Origin: Naegleria gruberi
Taxonomy: Eukaryota
Length of the DNA: 64,000 nt
NCBI GenBank assembly: GCA_000004985.1
Contig: GG738884.1
Strand: one strand, 5' to 3'
Shown here piece by piece: positions 53,340-63,407 of the stretch (position 1 is its first letter; every line of letters starts with the position of its first letter). Below the pieces are notes generated by a model, which was given only the letters and a program-made list of their open reading frames with translations, was not told the DNA's origin and did not search any database. Position numbers and translations under genes: made by a program.

Positions 53340-54290
53340 TGTAAAGGTCAACTTTAAATGTTCTGGTTGACCTTCCAAGGATGTGTGGTGGCATCCAGAT
53401 TAGAAAGTATTAGAAACTTCTTAAGCATGGATATCTAGATATGGAAAGCGAATATTTCTATAAATGCATTTTTGTATGAGCAACTTGGGAAAGTGAAGAT
53501 ACGATACAACGAAACTGTAATGATACGTTTGTATGCCACGTCTGGAGATTGGCTTCGCACATGATTTTAAGCAATTTGGCAAAACAACTTTTTTGTGTTT
53601 TAAAGTGCTTTATTTTGAAACAACACAAGAAATCAAACAACAATCTTTTGATAATTAGCTGAAGATTGAGCCAACTTTGAAATCTTTTCAAATAACATCA
53701 AGTCTTTATTCAATAATTGCCAAATCCTTAAAATTTTCATCTCACGATCTGGCAATTTCTGCAAACTAGTTGAGAATAGGTTTAGTTTAGTCTTGTCCAC
53801 CTTCTATTTCAGTATTTTGTTGAAACACTGAAAACCGCTACATATCCATCTCCACTAATTTTAAAAATCTAGTCATCAAATATGGAATATTTAAAAATCT
53901 CTATATAAAACCCTTCCTTTACTTATTGGCGATCGCTACAATGCAATTCCTTAATAGCTTTATTCGAAACTTAGAAAGTCTTTATAGCCAAGCTTCAAAC
54001 ACTATCAAAAAAACATTCAAACTGGTTTAGAGCATTTGTTCAGTCTTTAATTCAACGTTTCGTACAAAATAGACAGCTTACTTTAATTTATTAGAAACTC
54101 CAAGCTAACCTAAAGGTTTCGAATACTTCATCCCTCCTATTTCAAATTTACTTCCTCGATCAGTCAATAAGAAACTTGGTCATTGTACATTTCAGATAAG
54201 CTGTTATCTAAAAGAAATTTAATATTTATGTAGATTGCTGACAAGTTGCTTATTTGGAAACACCTAATTTATCTAAAACAACATTTTGCA

Positions 54291-55151
54291 ATGTGTCTTC
54301 ACACCCAGAAAAAAATGTCAAGTCCTTCAACCTCAGTTTCGAATAATTTGGTTTCGTCTGGTTCATTTCACTTTCACAATTTTGATCCAAAAGCAAATGA
54401 AGAGAAGAAACGATTGAATAGAGAAATGATTGCAAAGAATACACATAATGGAATGGCATTTAAACCAAGCAAGTATATGGTTGATATTCAACATTCGAAT
54501 AATAATCAAAGACAAGTTTCACCTGCATCTCCAGTTTCGTATAGAACAAGCCGATCAAATTCTTCTTCGAACAAGTCTGCTGCTAAAACGATTAGCAATT
54601 CTCATTCATCGATTTCCAAACAACACAAGCTACTTTCGAATAATCACCAATACTCTAAGAGTAGAATCTGTGAGAAACAACTGACCATTAATGCTTCTGA
54701 ATGGAACTCCATCAAGCAATCTATTGAATCAAGAAGCAGAAATGTTTCTAATTGTTCAAATTCAAGCACTCTAAGCAAATCTAGTTGTTACATTGACAAA
54801 AACTCTGTAAATGGTGATTATTCGAAAGGTTTCGTAAATTGCCCGTCCAACCGTAACTATTCAAGCAACTACCAAGTCTATTCTCCTCTGGCTCACTACT
54901 CTGAATACTCTCAAAATATATCACTAAGCAACACATCAAATCTGCCAAGTCAATTATCAATCAGCAAAACTATTCCACTAACCAGTTCAATATCACCAAA
55001 TAATGTCCCGTTCACCCGCTCCATGGCCACTCATTGTGAAAGATTACCCTCCATTCAACATTTACTTGAAACTATTCCAATAACAAAATTCGAAAGACGA
55101 AACAATAGTCAATTAAACACAGTTTCAATAATTGAATTGTTGAAACAATAA
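54291..55151 (+). CDS. Ser/Asn-rich hypothetical protein, tandem paralog A (shares a conserved N-proximal motif with 55372..56064)
   Basis: First ATG is at 54291. Motif: FHNFDPKANEEKKRLNREMIAKNTHNGMAFKPSKY. The rest is S/N-rich low complexity. Confidence 0.5.
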   Translation: MCLHTQKKMSSPSTSVSNNLVSSGSFHFHNFDPKANEEKKRLNREMIAKNTHNGMAFKPSKYMVDIQHSNNNQRQVSPASPVSYRTSRSNSSSNKSAAKTISNSHSSISKQHKLLSNNHQYSKSRICEKQLTINASEWNSIKQSIESRSRNVSNCSNSSTLSKSSCYIDKNSVNGDYSKGFVNCPSNRNYSSNYQVYSPLAHYSEYSQNISLSNTSNLPSQLSISKTIPLTSSISPNNVPFTRSMATHCERLPSIQHLLETIPITKFERRNNSQLNTVSIIELLKQ

Positions 55152-55371
55152 ATGTCATGAATTAAATTGCCTTCAAAAGATGTTAACTCTGCATAACATT
55201 AAAATTTGGAAAACCAAGATTTCCCTTCCTGCCAAGTTGTCATTCCCAAAATGGACAATTAAAAAAGTTGAAAGGCCAGTTACAGAGATAAATGCCGACG
55301 CATCTTTTATCGAATTGGTAACATCATACTAACATGAAGTGGTTTGTTTTGCATCAAAAAAAACAAAAGAA

Positions 55372-56064
55372 ATGCAACAAGACAGTCCTCGTCAAGTTTT
55401 GAATGCAAATTGTAATTATTCAAGCTCAACTGTTGTGAGTAGAAGGAAGGGAAGGGGAACGTCTGGAAAATGTAGTGGAATGATGGAGAGTCATCATTTG
55501 GTTTCGAATAATAATCCATGGTTGAGGTTTCATTCTTATGATCCAGTTGAACATGAAGAAAAGAAGAGAAAGTTGAGAGAATACTCAAAACGAAACGCAT
55601 ACAAGGGTTTACACTTTAGACCAAGCAAGTATAATCAAGAGGTAGTTAAATTTTCAGTACAAGCTCCTAACATGTTGAGTGAGCAGAATCTAACAGAAAG
55701 GTCTGTATTAAAAGTTGATGAGAAGGCATGTAGTGCACATCAAGTGATCACCAACTCAAAGATACCACTCACTCATTTTCAAGTTTCTTCCATTATTCAG
55801 TTGGAATCGAATAGCTTAATTTCAACAACAAACAACATCCAAGCACCAACCGCCTCCAAATCAACATGCATTCAATTCACCCATCAAAACTCTAGAAACG
55901 TTCTTCCCTCCATAAATGAAATACTATCTCTCTCCAAAATTCAAAAAGCACCACACAAAATGATTCACAACTCATCTCTCCAAATCATCCAACAAAACTC
56001 AATCAATTCTGACAATTTTCAATTGGAAAATCTAACTCTTGCACCAATCAACATGTACTTCTAA
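55372..56064 (+). CDS. Ser/Asn-rich hypothetical protein, tandem paralog B
   Basis: First in-frame ATG is at 55372. Motif: RFHSYDPVEHEEKKRKLREYSKRNAYKGLHFRPSKY, the same F-x-x-DP-x3-EEKKR-x-REx-x3-N-x3-G-x-F-(K/R)-PSKY pattern as its upstream neighbour. Confidence 0.5.
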   Translation: MQQDSPRQVLNANCNYSSSTVVSRRKGRGTSGKCSGMMESHHLVSNNNPWLRFHSYDPVEHEEKKRKLREYSKRNAYKGLHFRPSKYNQEVVKFSVQAPNMLSEQNLTERSVLKVDEKACSAHQVITNSKIPLTHFQVSSIIQLESNSLISTTNNIQAPTASKSTCIQFTHQNSRNVLPSINEILSLSKIQKAPHKMIHNSSLQIIQQNSINSDNFQLENLTLAPINMYF

Positions 56065-56208
56065 CTCTCCCCAACCATTCCCACACGATCATTCTCAACC
56101 AATTCTCTCATTCAATTTTACAATAAACCACTCAAGAAAATCTTCGAACGATGTTCTTGTTCAACAAAAAAGCTCAAAATCAAAAAAAACTCTTAAAAAT
56201 AAAAAAAA

Positions 56209-58140
56209 ATGGGAAAGAGAGAATTATACAGAAATAAACAAGCTTTGGCTAATGCTGCTCCTCTGGCTCAAGCACACTCCCAACCGCTTGGTATTACCAT
56301 CGGAGCACGTACATCTAATGTAAAGATGCCTAAGGAGGCCATTCCAGCCATCTATTATGAAAAGATTTTAAAATACATGAAAACAAAGGAAATGTTGAAT
56401 GATATTGCAGGAGCTTGCACTAAATATTTGTACAAACCATCGGATTGGAAGTATTATTACTTTGAACATCGTTGGAAGGAATATTCTAACGTGAGAAGAG
56501 CCTTGCGTAAATTAATTCAAATGGGAACACTTCAAGTCTTGTTGAGAGGAAAGTATTATAAGGAAGAGACTTCTGATCCAGAAGCTATTACAAGTGGTGG
56601 TGCCTCTTCTTCTACTGATAATAATCAATCAGCTGATGCTAGTAATGTTGCTTCCGAAGAAGTTTTACAAGTAAAAGAAGAAGAATTTGAAACTTTTGTA
56701 ATTGGAGGAAGAACATTAACTAGAAAAAAGTATGTAAAGGCTTCTTCTGTGCCATCGAATAAGAAGGCCACCACTCCAGTTGATCAAGAGGAAATTCAAA
56801 TTGAAGAAGAAGAAACAATTAATCAACAAGCAATGAATAAGAAGAATAAGAAGAAGAATAAGAAAAACAAAAAGAAGGATCCTTTTGAATTGGATGAGGA
56901 AAATGATGATCAAGATGATGGAACTTTTGATGGATTTGAAATTACCAGAGATGAGGATCGTCCACAATTATATGAATTGAATGAATGGAAAGATGATCCA
57001 AAGAAGAATAAGAAACAAAATAAGAAACAAAACAAAAAGCAAAGTTCTAGTTTGGAAATTGAAGAAGATACTTTTGTAAAGGAAGAAGAAGGTGGTGATA
57101 AGGGAATTCCTTCTAAAGCTGTACATATTGATTTTAATAATATCAAAAAGATTGTAAAGGCAACTGAAAAGATTGATTGTGCTGAAAATGAAGCAGTTCA
57201 GAATATTACTCTCAACTTGACAAGAAAATCAAAGGAAGAATCATCCAGCTCTCAGAAAACTGTGATTCAGGTTGTTAAAGGTGACATGTTGGAAACTGCA
57301 ATTAGTTTGAGAAGGATTTGTAAACTTAATCCACTCGTTTTGGTCTCTGGTAGCCAAACTGTTCCAGGAGGATCTTTTGCTAAGGGAGGAAATACTCAAG
57401 AGGAAGATTTCTGTAGAAGATCATCATTGTCTTTAGCAATTGCTGATCCATACAGATTTGATGAAACTAGAGAGTGGACTTACCCATTACCTGAATTTGG
57501 AGGAATTTATACACCAAATGTTGTAGTGTTAAGAGGTCCAAAGAGCGATGGATATGCCTTCTTGGATAGAACATGGGCTTGCTCAATGTTTATCACCTAT
57601 CCTTATGTGAATCCACCAACAGAGAAGAGAAAGGTAGCCGATCCAAATACTGTCATTCCAAATGAAGAGGACGATGACGAAGAAGTAACAACTGAGAATT
57701 TCCTCTCTACCAAATTGTCCAACTCAATGAAGAAGAAGATTGCTGCCTACTTTGATGTTGCATTAAAGAAGGGTCATGATTCTCTTGTTATTGGTGCTCT
57801 TGGTTGTGAAAATACTCACTCCAATCCTGCCTATCATATTGCTCAACTTTTCAAGGAAGTATTGGCAAGTGAAATTTTCAAGGACAAGTTCAAGGTTGTC
57901 ATTTTCTCTATTTTGGTTGATAAGGAAACTGATAGCAAGTTGGCCAATGAAGGTGGTGCTGACGATGTGGAAGAAGTTGAGGATAATGATGACGTCGAAG
58001 ATCAACAAGATATCTCAACCAATCTGCTCGATACTTCAATTGAAAGAAAGAATAATCTTTCAGTATTTTCCAAATTATTCCACGGAAAGGAAGAAGCTCC
58101 AACAGCTGAAGAATTCATTCCAACCATTGAATGTAAATAA
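56209..58140 (+). CDS. Bacterial-type poly(ADP-ribose) glycohydrolase (DUF2263/TIGR02452 macrodomain) with an N-terminal unknown domain and a K/N/E-rich linker
   Basis: The C-terminal 300 aa carry the PARG catalytic signature GGG-X6-8-QEE (LVLVSGSQTVPGGSFAKGGNTQEEDFCRRSSLSLAI) and the second conserved block LVIGALGCENTHSNPAYHIAQLFKEVL. The linker contains NKKNKKKNKKNKKKD and KKNKKQNKKQNKKQ repeats. Confidence 0.65.
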   Translation: MGKRELYRNKQALANAAPLAQAHSQPLGITIGARTSNVKMPKEAIPAIYYEKILKYMKTKEMLNDIAGACTKYLYKPSDWKYYYFEHRWKEYSNVRRALRKLIQMGTLQVLLRGKYYKEETSDPEAITSGGASSSTDNNQSADASNVASEEVLQVKEEEFETFVIGGRTLTRKKYVKASSVPSNKKATTPVDQEEIQIEEEETINQQAMNKKNKKKNKKNKKKDPFELDEENDDQDDGTFDGFEITRDEDRPQLYELNEWKDDPKKNKKQNKKQNKKQSSSLEIEEDTFVKEEEGGDKGIPSKAVHIDFNNIKKIVKATEKIDCAENEAVQNITLNLTRKSKEESSSSQKTVIQVVKGDMLETAISLRRICKLNPLVLVSGSQTVPGGSFAKGGNTQEEDFCRRSSLSLAIADPYRFDETREWTYPLPEFGGIYTPNVVVLRGPKSDGYAFLDRTWACSMFITYPYVNPPTEKRKVADPNTVIPNEEDDDEEVTTENFLSTKLSNSMKKKIAAYFDVALKKGHDSLVIGALGCENTHSNPAYHIAQLFKEVLASEIFKDKFKVVIFSILVDKETDSKLANEGGADDVEEVEDNDDVEDQQDISTNLLDTSIERKNNLSVFSKLFHGKEEAPTAEEFIPTIECK

Positions 58141-58258
58141 ACATATCTGTGAATAAATCGTTGAACATTTTCAATAGAATTTTTTTGCTAGATCAGAAAT
58201 TAATTGATCATCAAATATTATTCTAAATTAACTTTACAATTTTTAATTTACATAAATA

Positions 58259-59131
58259 TTAATTACTCTTGTCTGATTCTTCGCTCTTCTTGGCATTCTT
58301 GATGAGCCATTGTAAAGTCTTGTCAATATTTACAGAATTTTTAGCACTAATTGAGTAGCAAGATACTTCTCGTCCAGTAATAAGTTTGAGATCCAATTTG
58401 TCAATTAATTCTTGTACACCTCTAGCATTTGGTAAATCATTCTTATTTCCAAGTACCAGTAAAGGAATAGTCGAAAGAGAGGCTTTTCCAACCAATTCAT
58501 GAAGCTCCTTTTTGGCTACTTCCAATGTTTGTTCATCACTTGCAGAGTCCACAACATATACAATAGCTCCAACTCCTCTACAATATCTCTGTGTTTTTTG
58601 AAATGTAATATTATAACAATCATAATATTAGATAGAATGTGATGACAACAAGTATGAAATTAAAATTAAATATATTACGTTCATATCAAATACATACCTC
58701 CCACATGTTTCTGAATTTGGATTGACCTATTATTGTCAATTTAAATCATCGTTAGTATCATGATAATCCAAAGTTATTAGAAAAATATTAAATGATTAGA
58801 ATAACAATTTGTCATCACAGTTGAACAACATATGATGGACCATCATCATAGTTAATAGTGATGATTATAATAATAAATAATTGAATAGTTTTCAAAAGAA
58901 TGACATACCTCCGATATCCCACAACTTGATTTCTACACCTCCTTTACTCACTTTTCGCATATTAAAGCCAATAGTTGGTATAGTATCCTCATTCATCTGA
59001 CCAAATGAAATTGTATTTACAAGTGTCGTTTTACCAGCATTTTGCAATCCGACCAATGTAAGTTCCAACTCTTGCTTCCAGAAGAGTGATTTAATCCAAT
59101 CCATCAATGATTTCAAAGCTGCTGCTAACAT
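58259..59131 (-). CDS. ARL8: ARF-like small GTPase ARL8. Three exons: 59131..58909, 58726..58698 (a 29-nt micro-exon), 58588..58259.
   Basis: Spliced product: [75 protein letters not shown]|QSKFRNMWE|[20 protein letters not shown]...[12 protein letters not shown]...[20 protein letters not shown]. This closely parallels ARL8 ([14 protein letters not shown]...IPTVGFNMRK...[20 protein letters not shown]...GNKRDLPNAL...CYSISCKE..NIDITLQWL). Both donors are GTATGT. Confidence 0.85.
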
Positions 59132-59531
59132 TTTCCTCTATTATTACTATTATTTTGTACAAATTTTGCTTTCTCTATGATGTGCTATCTCAACGACTAC
59201 GATAATGATGACTATTAATGACGATGAAATAATATTATCGTTGTTGCTCGGTGATGACAAGATTTTTTTAATAAATTTTTTTTAAAGTTGTTGTTTGCTT
59301 TGCAACGTTTATTTGCTAAATTAAAAATTGATGACGAAAATAAACTCGACAACTCCAATTGGAAGAGGTTTTGAAAAAGATTCTCCGGTAAGAGAGACTT
59401 AGTGAAACATTGAAGATTGTTAAATAGTATTAATAGAGGAATGTACATTGAATATTTGTTGAATTTGATGAAATAATAATGATATCTGCTGTCAGCCATC
59501 AAACAACTTCAGTGAAAGGAAAAACAAAAAA

Positions 59532-61586
59532 ATGGGACAAAACCATTCAGGTGGATCAAATTCTGTGGGTGGAATGGGAGGAACACTAGTTGGAGATCAA
59601 TACAAACCACCAGATCGTACCACAAACAATCTAGCTTCCTCCTTTCATACCAAAGAATCCATCAAAATTCAACAGCAGCAACAACAACAACCCGATTCAA
59701 ATACAAACAACAATAATACATCGTCAGGTAATCTTGTTCTGATAGCAGCATCCAACACTTCCGATGCCTTGCTCATGTCCATCGCAGAGTTAGTCATTGT
59801 TCTCCAACAATTGGGTGAGATTCATCTCGTTGTCTTGCTGGAGGAAATTTCTCGTCACTACTACGAGATTCAAATTGGAGGCAATTTTTCTTCTCTGGAA
59901 GCAATTGCTGCTGCTAACAATAACACACAAGGAAATGGCGCCACTTCTCCAACACAAAATTTACAGGGTGGTGGCCCTCTCGCCAGTACATCATTTAAAA
60001 ATGGCGCCACTGGAAATTATGGCAACTCGAATGTAGATAATGGTCTGAAGAAGTACATTAATTGTGCCAAGTATACTCCCACTTGGTTGGAAGATGAGGG
60101 TGTATTTGGAGGTGGTGGTGGTATCGGAAGTGGATCGATTGGTAGAGGGAGTAGAATTAGTATTGGAGCAACATCAGGAAATAATGGCATGGATGAAGAT
60201 GATATGGAGGAGGATTATGGTGTAAATTATAATACGGATTCTGCTTTTCAGGTCTGGTTGATTGCATTGAAGGATAGACAATTACCGAGATTTAAGAGAA
60301 AATTGGAAAAGTTATTTGTGGATAATAGTGGAGGAGCAAGGAAGGTTGCCTTCTCTTTCAATGTACAAATGTCAACCTCATCGACAAATAGTTTGAGAAG
60401 AGCTTCTTCATTCCTACACGCACAAACTAATCCAAAAACTAATTATGTCATTGATATGGATAGTAAGCAGAAATATTTTGAGGTGAGGTCAGAGATGGAA
60501 ATTATTCTCACTCATACTCTTGAGGAAATTAAAGATTTGAAAGAATGTTTGGATGCAAAGAGAAAAATCGAAGGAGGAACATCAAGTACCAGTGGAGCTG
60601 ATGTTGCCGATGTTTCGGTTCTCCTTCAAGATTTTGATTTTGAATGTAGTTGGTGGGAGAAGAAGATTGGCTCCTCCAATTTCAGTGTCAAGAAGAAGGC
60701 ATTTATTGATGCCATTGAAGAAACTTTTGCTCACTTGAAAGTCAAGTTTGAAATTGAGGTTTTGGAAGAGATTTCAGATCCAACTTGTGATGGAGTTGTA
60801 AGTGTGACAGATTTGAAAACTCTCACTAGATGGTTGGGCAGTATTTACAAGTGGAATACTGACGAATTGAAATTGAGAAATATTGCTGGAAAAGAAGATG
60901 CTGCACCAGTTATTTTCCTTCCTCATTTTTGGGGTTCAGTGACATGTTACGATGCACAAGATATTTTACAAAAGGAAGAACCTGGAACGTACATTATTCG
61001 TTTCAATGAGAACGAGCCTGGGCATTACTACATTTCATGTGTTCAGGAAAATGTTGTGGAAAATGAGGAGACTAGCTCAAATACTGGATTTTTTGCCACT
61101 CGTCAAGTGTATCACTTTGTATTGAAGAGAGGAAAAACTGAGAAGGGAGAACCTTACTATTACTTGTCCGATGCTGATAAGAGTCACAAATTCAAGACCA
61201 TTACTGAGCTACTTGATAAGAATTACTTTTTGACATTCAAATATCCATATGTCAATGACGATCTCAAGTCTGCATTTGTTTCAAAGAAGAGAGATGTCGA
61301 TGTCTTTGGTGCATTGAAGAGTTTATCAGGAGAGGGTGATGATTTGAATCCTTATCCATTTGTTGTATATAAGGGAAAGTTCAATGTTAATGAAAAGAAG
61401 AAGGAATCAGACATGAAAAAGATTGCCAATTTAGCTAAAAAGACTACTGAGCCGTCATTGGGCAATCCAGTCAATAATAATTCATCCTCAAGCATTAAAG
61501 ATCAAGAACCAGGTATGGTACGAGTGGATTCCCTCAATTTACCACTGAGTAATAGCAAGGAAGAAACTTTAGATTTATCTGAATAA
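59532..61586 (+). CDS. SH2-domain protein with an N-myristoylation motif and a Q/N/G-rich N-terminal half (possibly STAT-linker/SH2-like)
   Basis: Starts MGQNHSG (Gly2, Ser6). SH2 signature near aa 470-520: FWGSVTCYDAQDILQKEEPGTYIIRFNENEPGHYYISCV (W-x-G, FLVR-type Arg). No kinase or phosphatase domain is present. Confidence 0.6.
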   Translation: MGQNHSGGSNSVGGMGGTLVGDQYKPPDRTTNNLASSFHTKESIKIQQQQQQQPDSNTNNNNTSSGNLVLIAASNTSDALLMSIAELVIVLQQLGEIHLVVLLEEISRHYYEIQIGGNFSSLEAIAAANNNTQGNGATSPTQNLQGGGPLASTSFKNGATGNYGNSNVDNGLKKYINCAKYTPTWLEDEGVFGGGGGIGSGSIGRGSRISIGATSGNNGMDEDDMEEDYGVNYNTDSAFQVWLIALKDRQLPRFKRKLEKLFVDNSGGARKVAFSFNVQMSTSSTNSLRRASSFLHAQTNPKTNYVIDMDSKQKYFEVRSEMEIILTHTLEEIKDLKECLDAKRKIEGGTSSTSGADVADVSVLLQDFDFECSWWEKKIGSSNFSVKKKAFIDAIEETFAHLKVKFEIEVLEEISDPTCDGVVSVTDLKTLTRWLGSIYKWNTDELKLRNIAGKEDAAPVIFLPHFWGSVTCYDAQDILQKEEPGTYIIRFNENEPGHYYISCVQENVVENEETSSNTGFFATRQVYHFVLKRGKTEKGEPYYYLSDADKSHKFKTITELLDKNYFLTFKYPYVNDDLKSAFVSKKRDVDVFGALKSLSGEGDDLNPYPFVVYKGKFNVNEKKKESDMKKIANLAKKTTEPSLGNPVNNNSSSSIKDQEPGMVRVDSLNLPLSNSKEETLDLSE

Positions 61587-61766
61587 ATACTTCAGAAGAT
61601 TCAATGTAAATAGATTAAGTATATTCAATTAAACAGAAAAGTTTGAAACTGGTATGACTCTTGCATTCTTACATAAGAATGTATACCCTGTTTTGGAGTG
61701 TCAAGACAATATGATATTCATTGTTAGCTATGGTTACTGGCAATAAAAATATGTGAAGCCAAAAGC

Positions 61767-61853
61767 TCCGATGAGACGGAATCGAACCGCCGACCACAGG
61801 ATTACAGTTTTTCTTGCTACAGTCCCATGCTCTACCAGCTGAGCTATCATCGG
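61767..61853 (-). tRNA. tRNA-Tyr (anticodon GUA) with a 14-nt intron 3' of the anticodon
   Basis: Reverse complement: CCGATGATAGCTCAGCTGGTAGAGCATGGGACTGTAG[caagaaaaactgta]ATCCTGTGGTCGGCGGTTCGATTCCGTCTCATCGGA. It shows a cloverleaf with acceptor CCGATGA/TCATCGG, D-arm GCTC/GAGC, anticodon stem TGGGA/TCCTG with GTA in the loop, and T-arm GGCGG TTCGATT CCGTC. Confidence 0.85.
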
Positions 61854-61967
61854 TTACATATGTAAAGAAAAGTTTTATGTTCATCATGTACTGAGTTCCA
61901 AGTCCAATTAAGGGACTTGGGTGAAAACATTGCTCACAATCGTGTAGTTCAGAGTATAAATGTGAAA

Positions 61968-62038
61968 TCGGGTGTGGTATAGTGGTAGCATTCCAGACTG
62001 TCACTCTGGCGACCCGGGTTCAATTCCCGGCACTCGAG
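61968..62038 (+). tRNA. tRNA-Asp (anticodon GUC)
   Basis: TCGGGTGTGGTATAGTGGTAGCATTCCAGACTGTCACTCTGGCGACCCGGGTTCAATTCCCGGCACTCGAG aligns nearly residue-for-residue with eukaryotic tRNA-Asp. Anticodon stem CCAGA/TCTGG with loop CTGTCAC. T-arm CCGGG TTCAATT CCCGG. Confidence 0.85.
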
Positions 62039-62317
62039 TAATAATTTTATGTTTATTCAATTCTTCGATATTTTTGCTTTTCAATATTTTGTGATCTGAT
62101 AGTCCACATCCTTATCTTGATTATTCATTTTTTATTTTTTAATAATTATTCTTATTTCCTTTTTTAGAAGCCTCGTCCTGACCACTATTTTTTTCAAATG
62201 AGTTAACAAGCTCTCTAAACTCAAAATCATCATGTTCTATAGAGGAAACGTATCTCTCCCATCCAATGTATGGTAAAATTTGAATAATAATAACAATTCT
62301 GAACTTTTCAAAAAAAA

Positions 62318-63407
62318 ATGAAATTTCTTGAACTTCCTCCTGAAATCGCTTGCATTATTCGTTGCTTTCTCATACGGGAAAATAATTCATCATCAATATC
62401 GGAATGTAAATTCAAATTTTCACATATTTCTACCAATCAACACGAGGAAATTATTTCATTCTATATGAAATTGGAAACTGAATGGTTTAAATTAAAAAAT
62501 GATCATATTTGGGTCGATTTATTGGAATATGAAGCTAAAAATTGTAATTTATCTGATTTGCAATTGAGCAAGTGGAAGAAACAATTTAAAAAGAATATCA
62601 ATTTTAGAAGGAAAGTATTATTAGTGAGATGGGCAAGAGCTCAATATATTACAAATATTTTGGAAAAAGACCTGCCAATGAATGGTGTGAAAGAGAGTTT
62701 GGTCTCCTTATTGGGAATAAGTATGTATTATAATGTCGTTTCATATAATTTCTAAATTTCAATTCGATTGTGTGTGAAATTCTAATATATAGGTGGAGTT
62801 GGTAAAACATCAATTTGTAATTACTTTGCAATGGGCCATTTCTATGAAGATTATTCGTGTGGAATTGAGGACACTACACGAAAAATGATAAATCCAAGCT
62901 TTGGTGGAGGTTGGTGATTCGTATGGAGATTACGAATTCTCAGCCATGCTGGAACACACTCTGAAAAGGTATCATTCATCAATTTATGTATTTTCCACAT
63001 CTCATTCCCTAGATGAACAAGTTGTGACTTCTACACGAAAGTTGTTTAATTCATTGCTGAGAGCGAGAGATAGGGAGTGGAATGATTTCCCAGTTCTGTT
63101 TGCAATTAACAAAGTTGATATTCCAGATCAGAAAAGAAGGAGCTCCATTGAAAATATTCAATCATTCATTGGAACAATTATTGAGGAATTTGATTTGAGA
63201 AATACAGCAATATTCGAAACAAGTGCAAGAGAAGGAATTAATATCAATGAAATATTCGAACATGTTGTGCTGAAAATGGAATATTATGAACAGTTTCCAT
63301 TCCTCCCTGCCTTGGAAGATGTACTTGTTAACGATATTGAAGCCCTCAAAAACTTGGAATTATGGAATATAACAAGAAGAAAACAAAGAAAGTGTCTTGT
63401 TTGTTGA
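62318..63407 (+). CDS. Ras-superfamily small GTPase with a ~130-aa N-terminal extension, a CaaX box and a Gln61-to-Asp substitution. Multi-exon: 62318..62720, 62793..~62900, then ~62901..63407 with an unresolved +1 frame step.
   Basis: Exon 1 ends ...VKESLVSLLGI-S|GTATGT. Exon 2 (after tatatag) gives GVGKTSICNYFAMGHFYEDYSCGIEDTTRKMINPSFGG, with the P-loop and switch-I Thr. The third segment gives VEVGDSYGDYEFSAM...LFAINKVDIPDQ (NKxD)...ETSAREGINI (SAK-like)...C-terminal CLVC. The G3 motif DxxGQ reads DSYGD. Confidence 0.6.

Noticed and set aside
61669-62004. 111-aa ORF spanning the tRNA pair
   Set aside because: It overlaps both tRNA-Tyr and tRNA-Asp and starts with a non-ATG codon. It is an artefact of the stop-to-stop ORF call.
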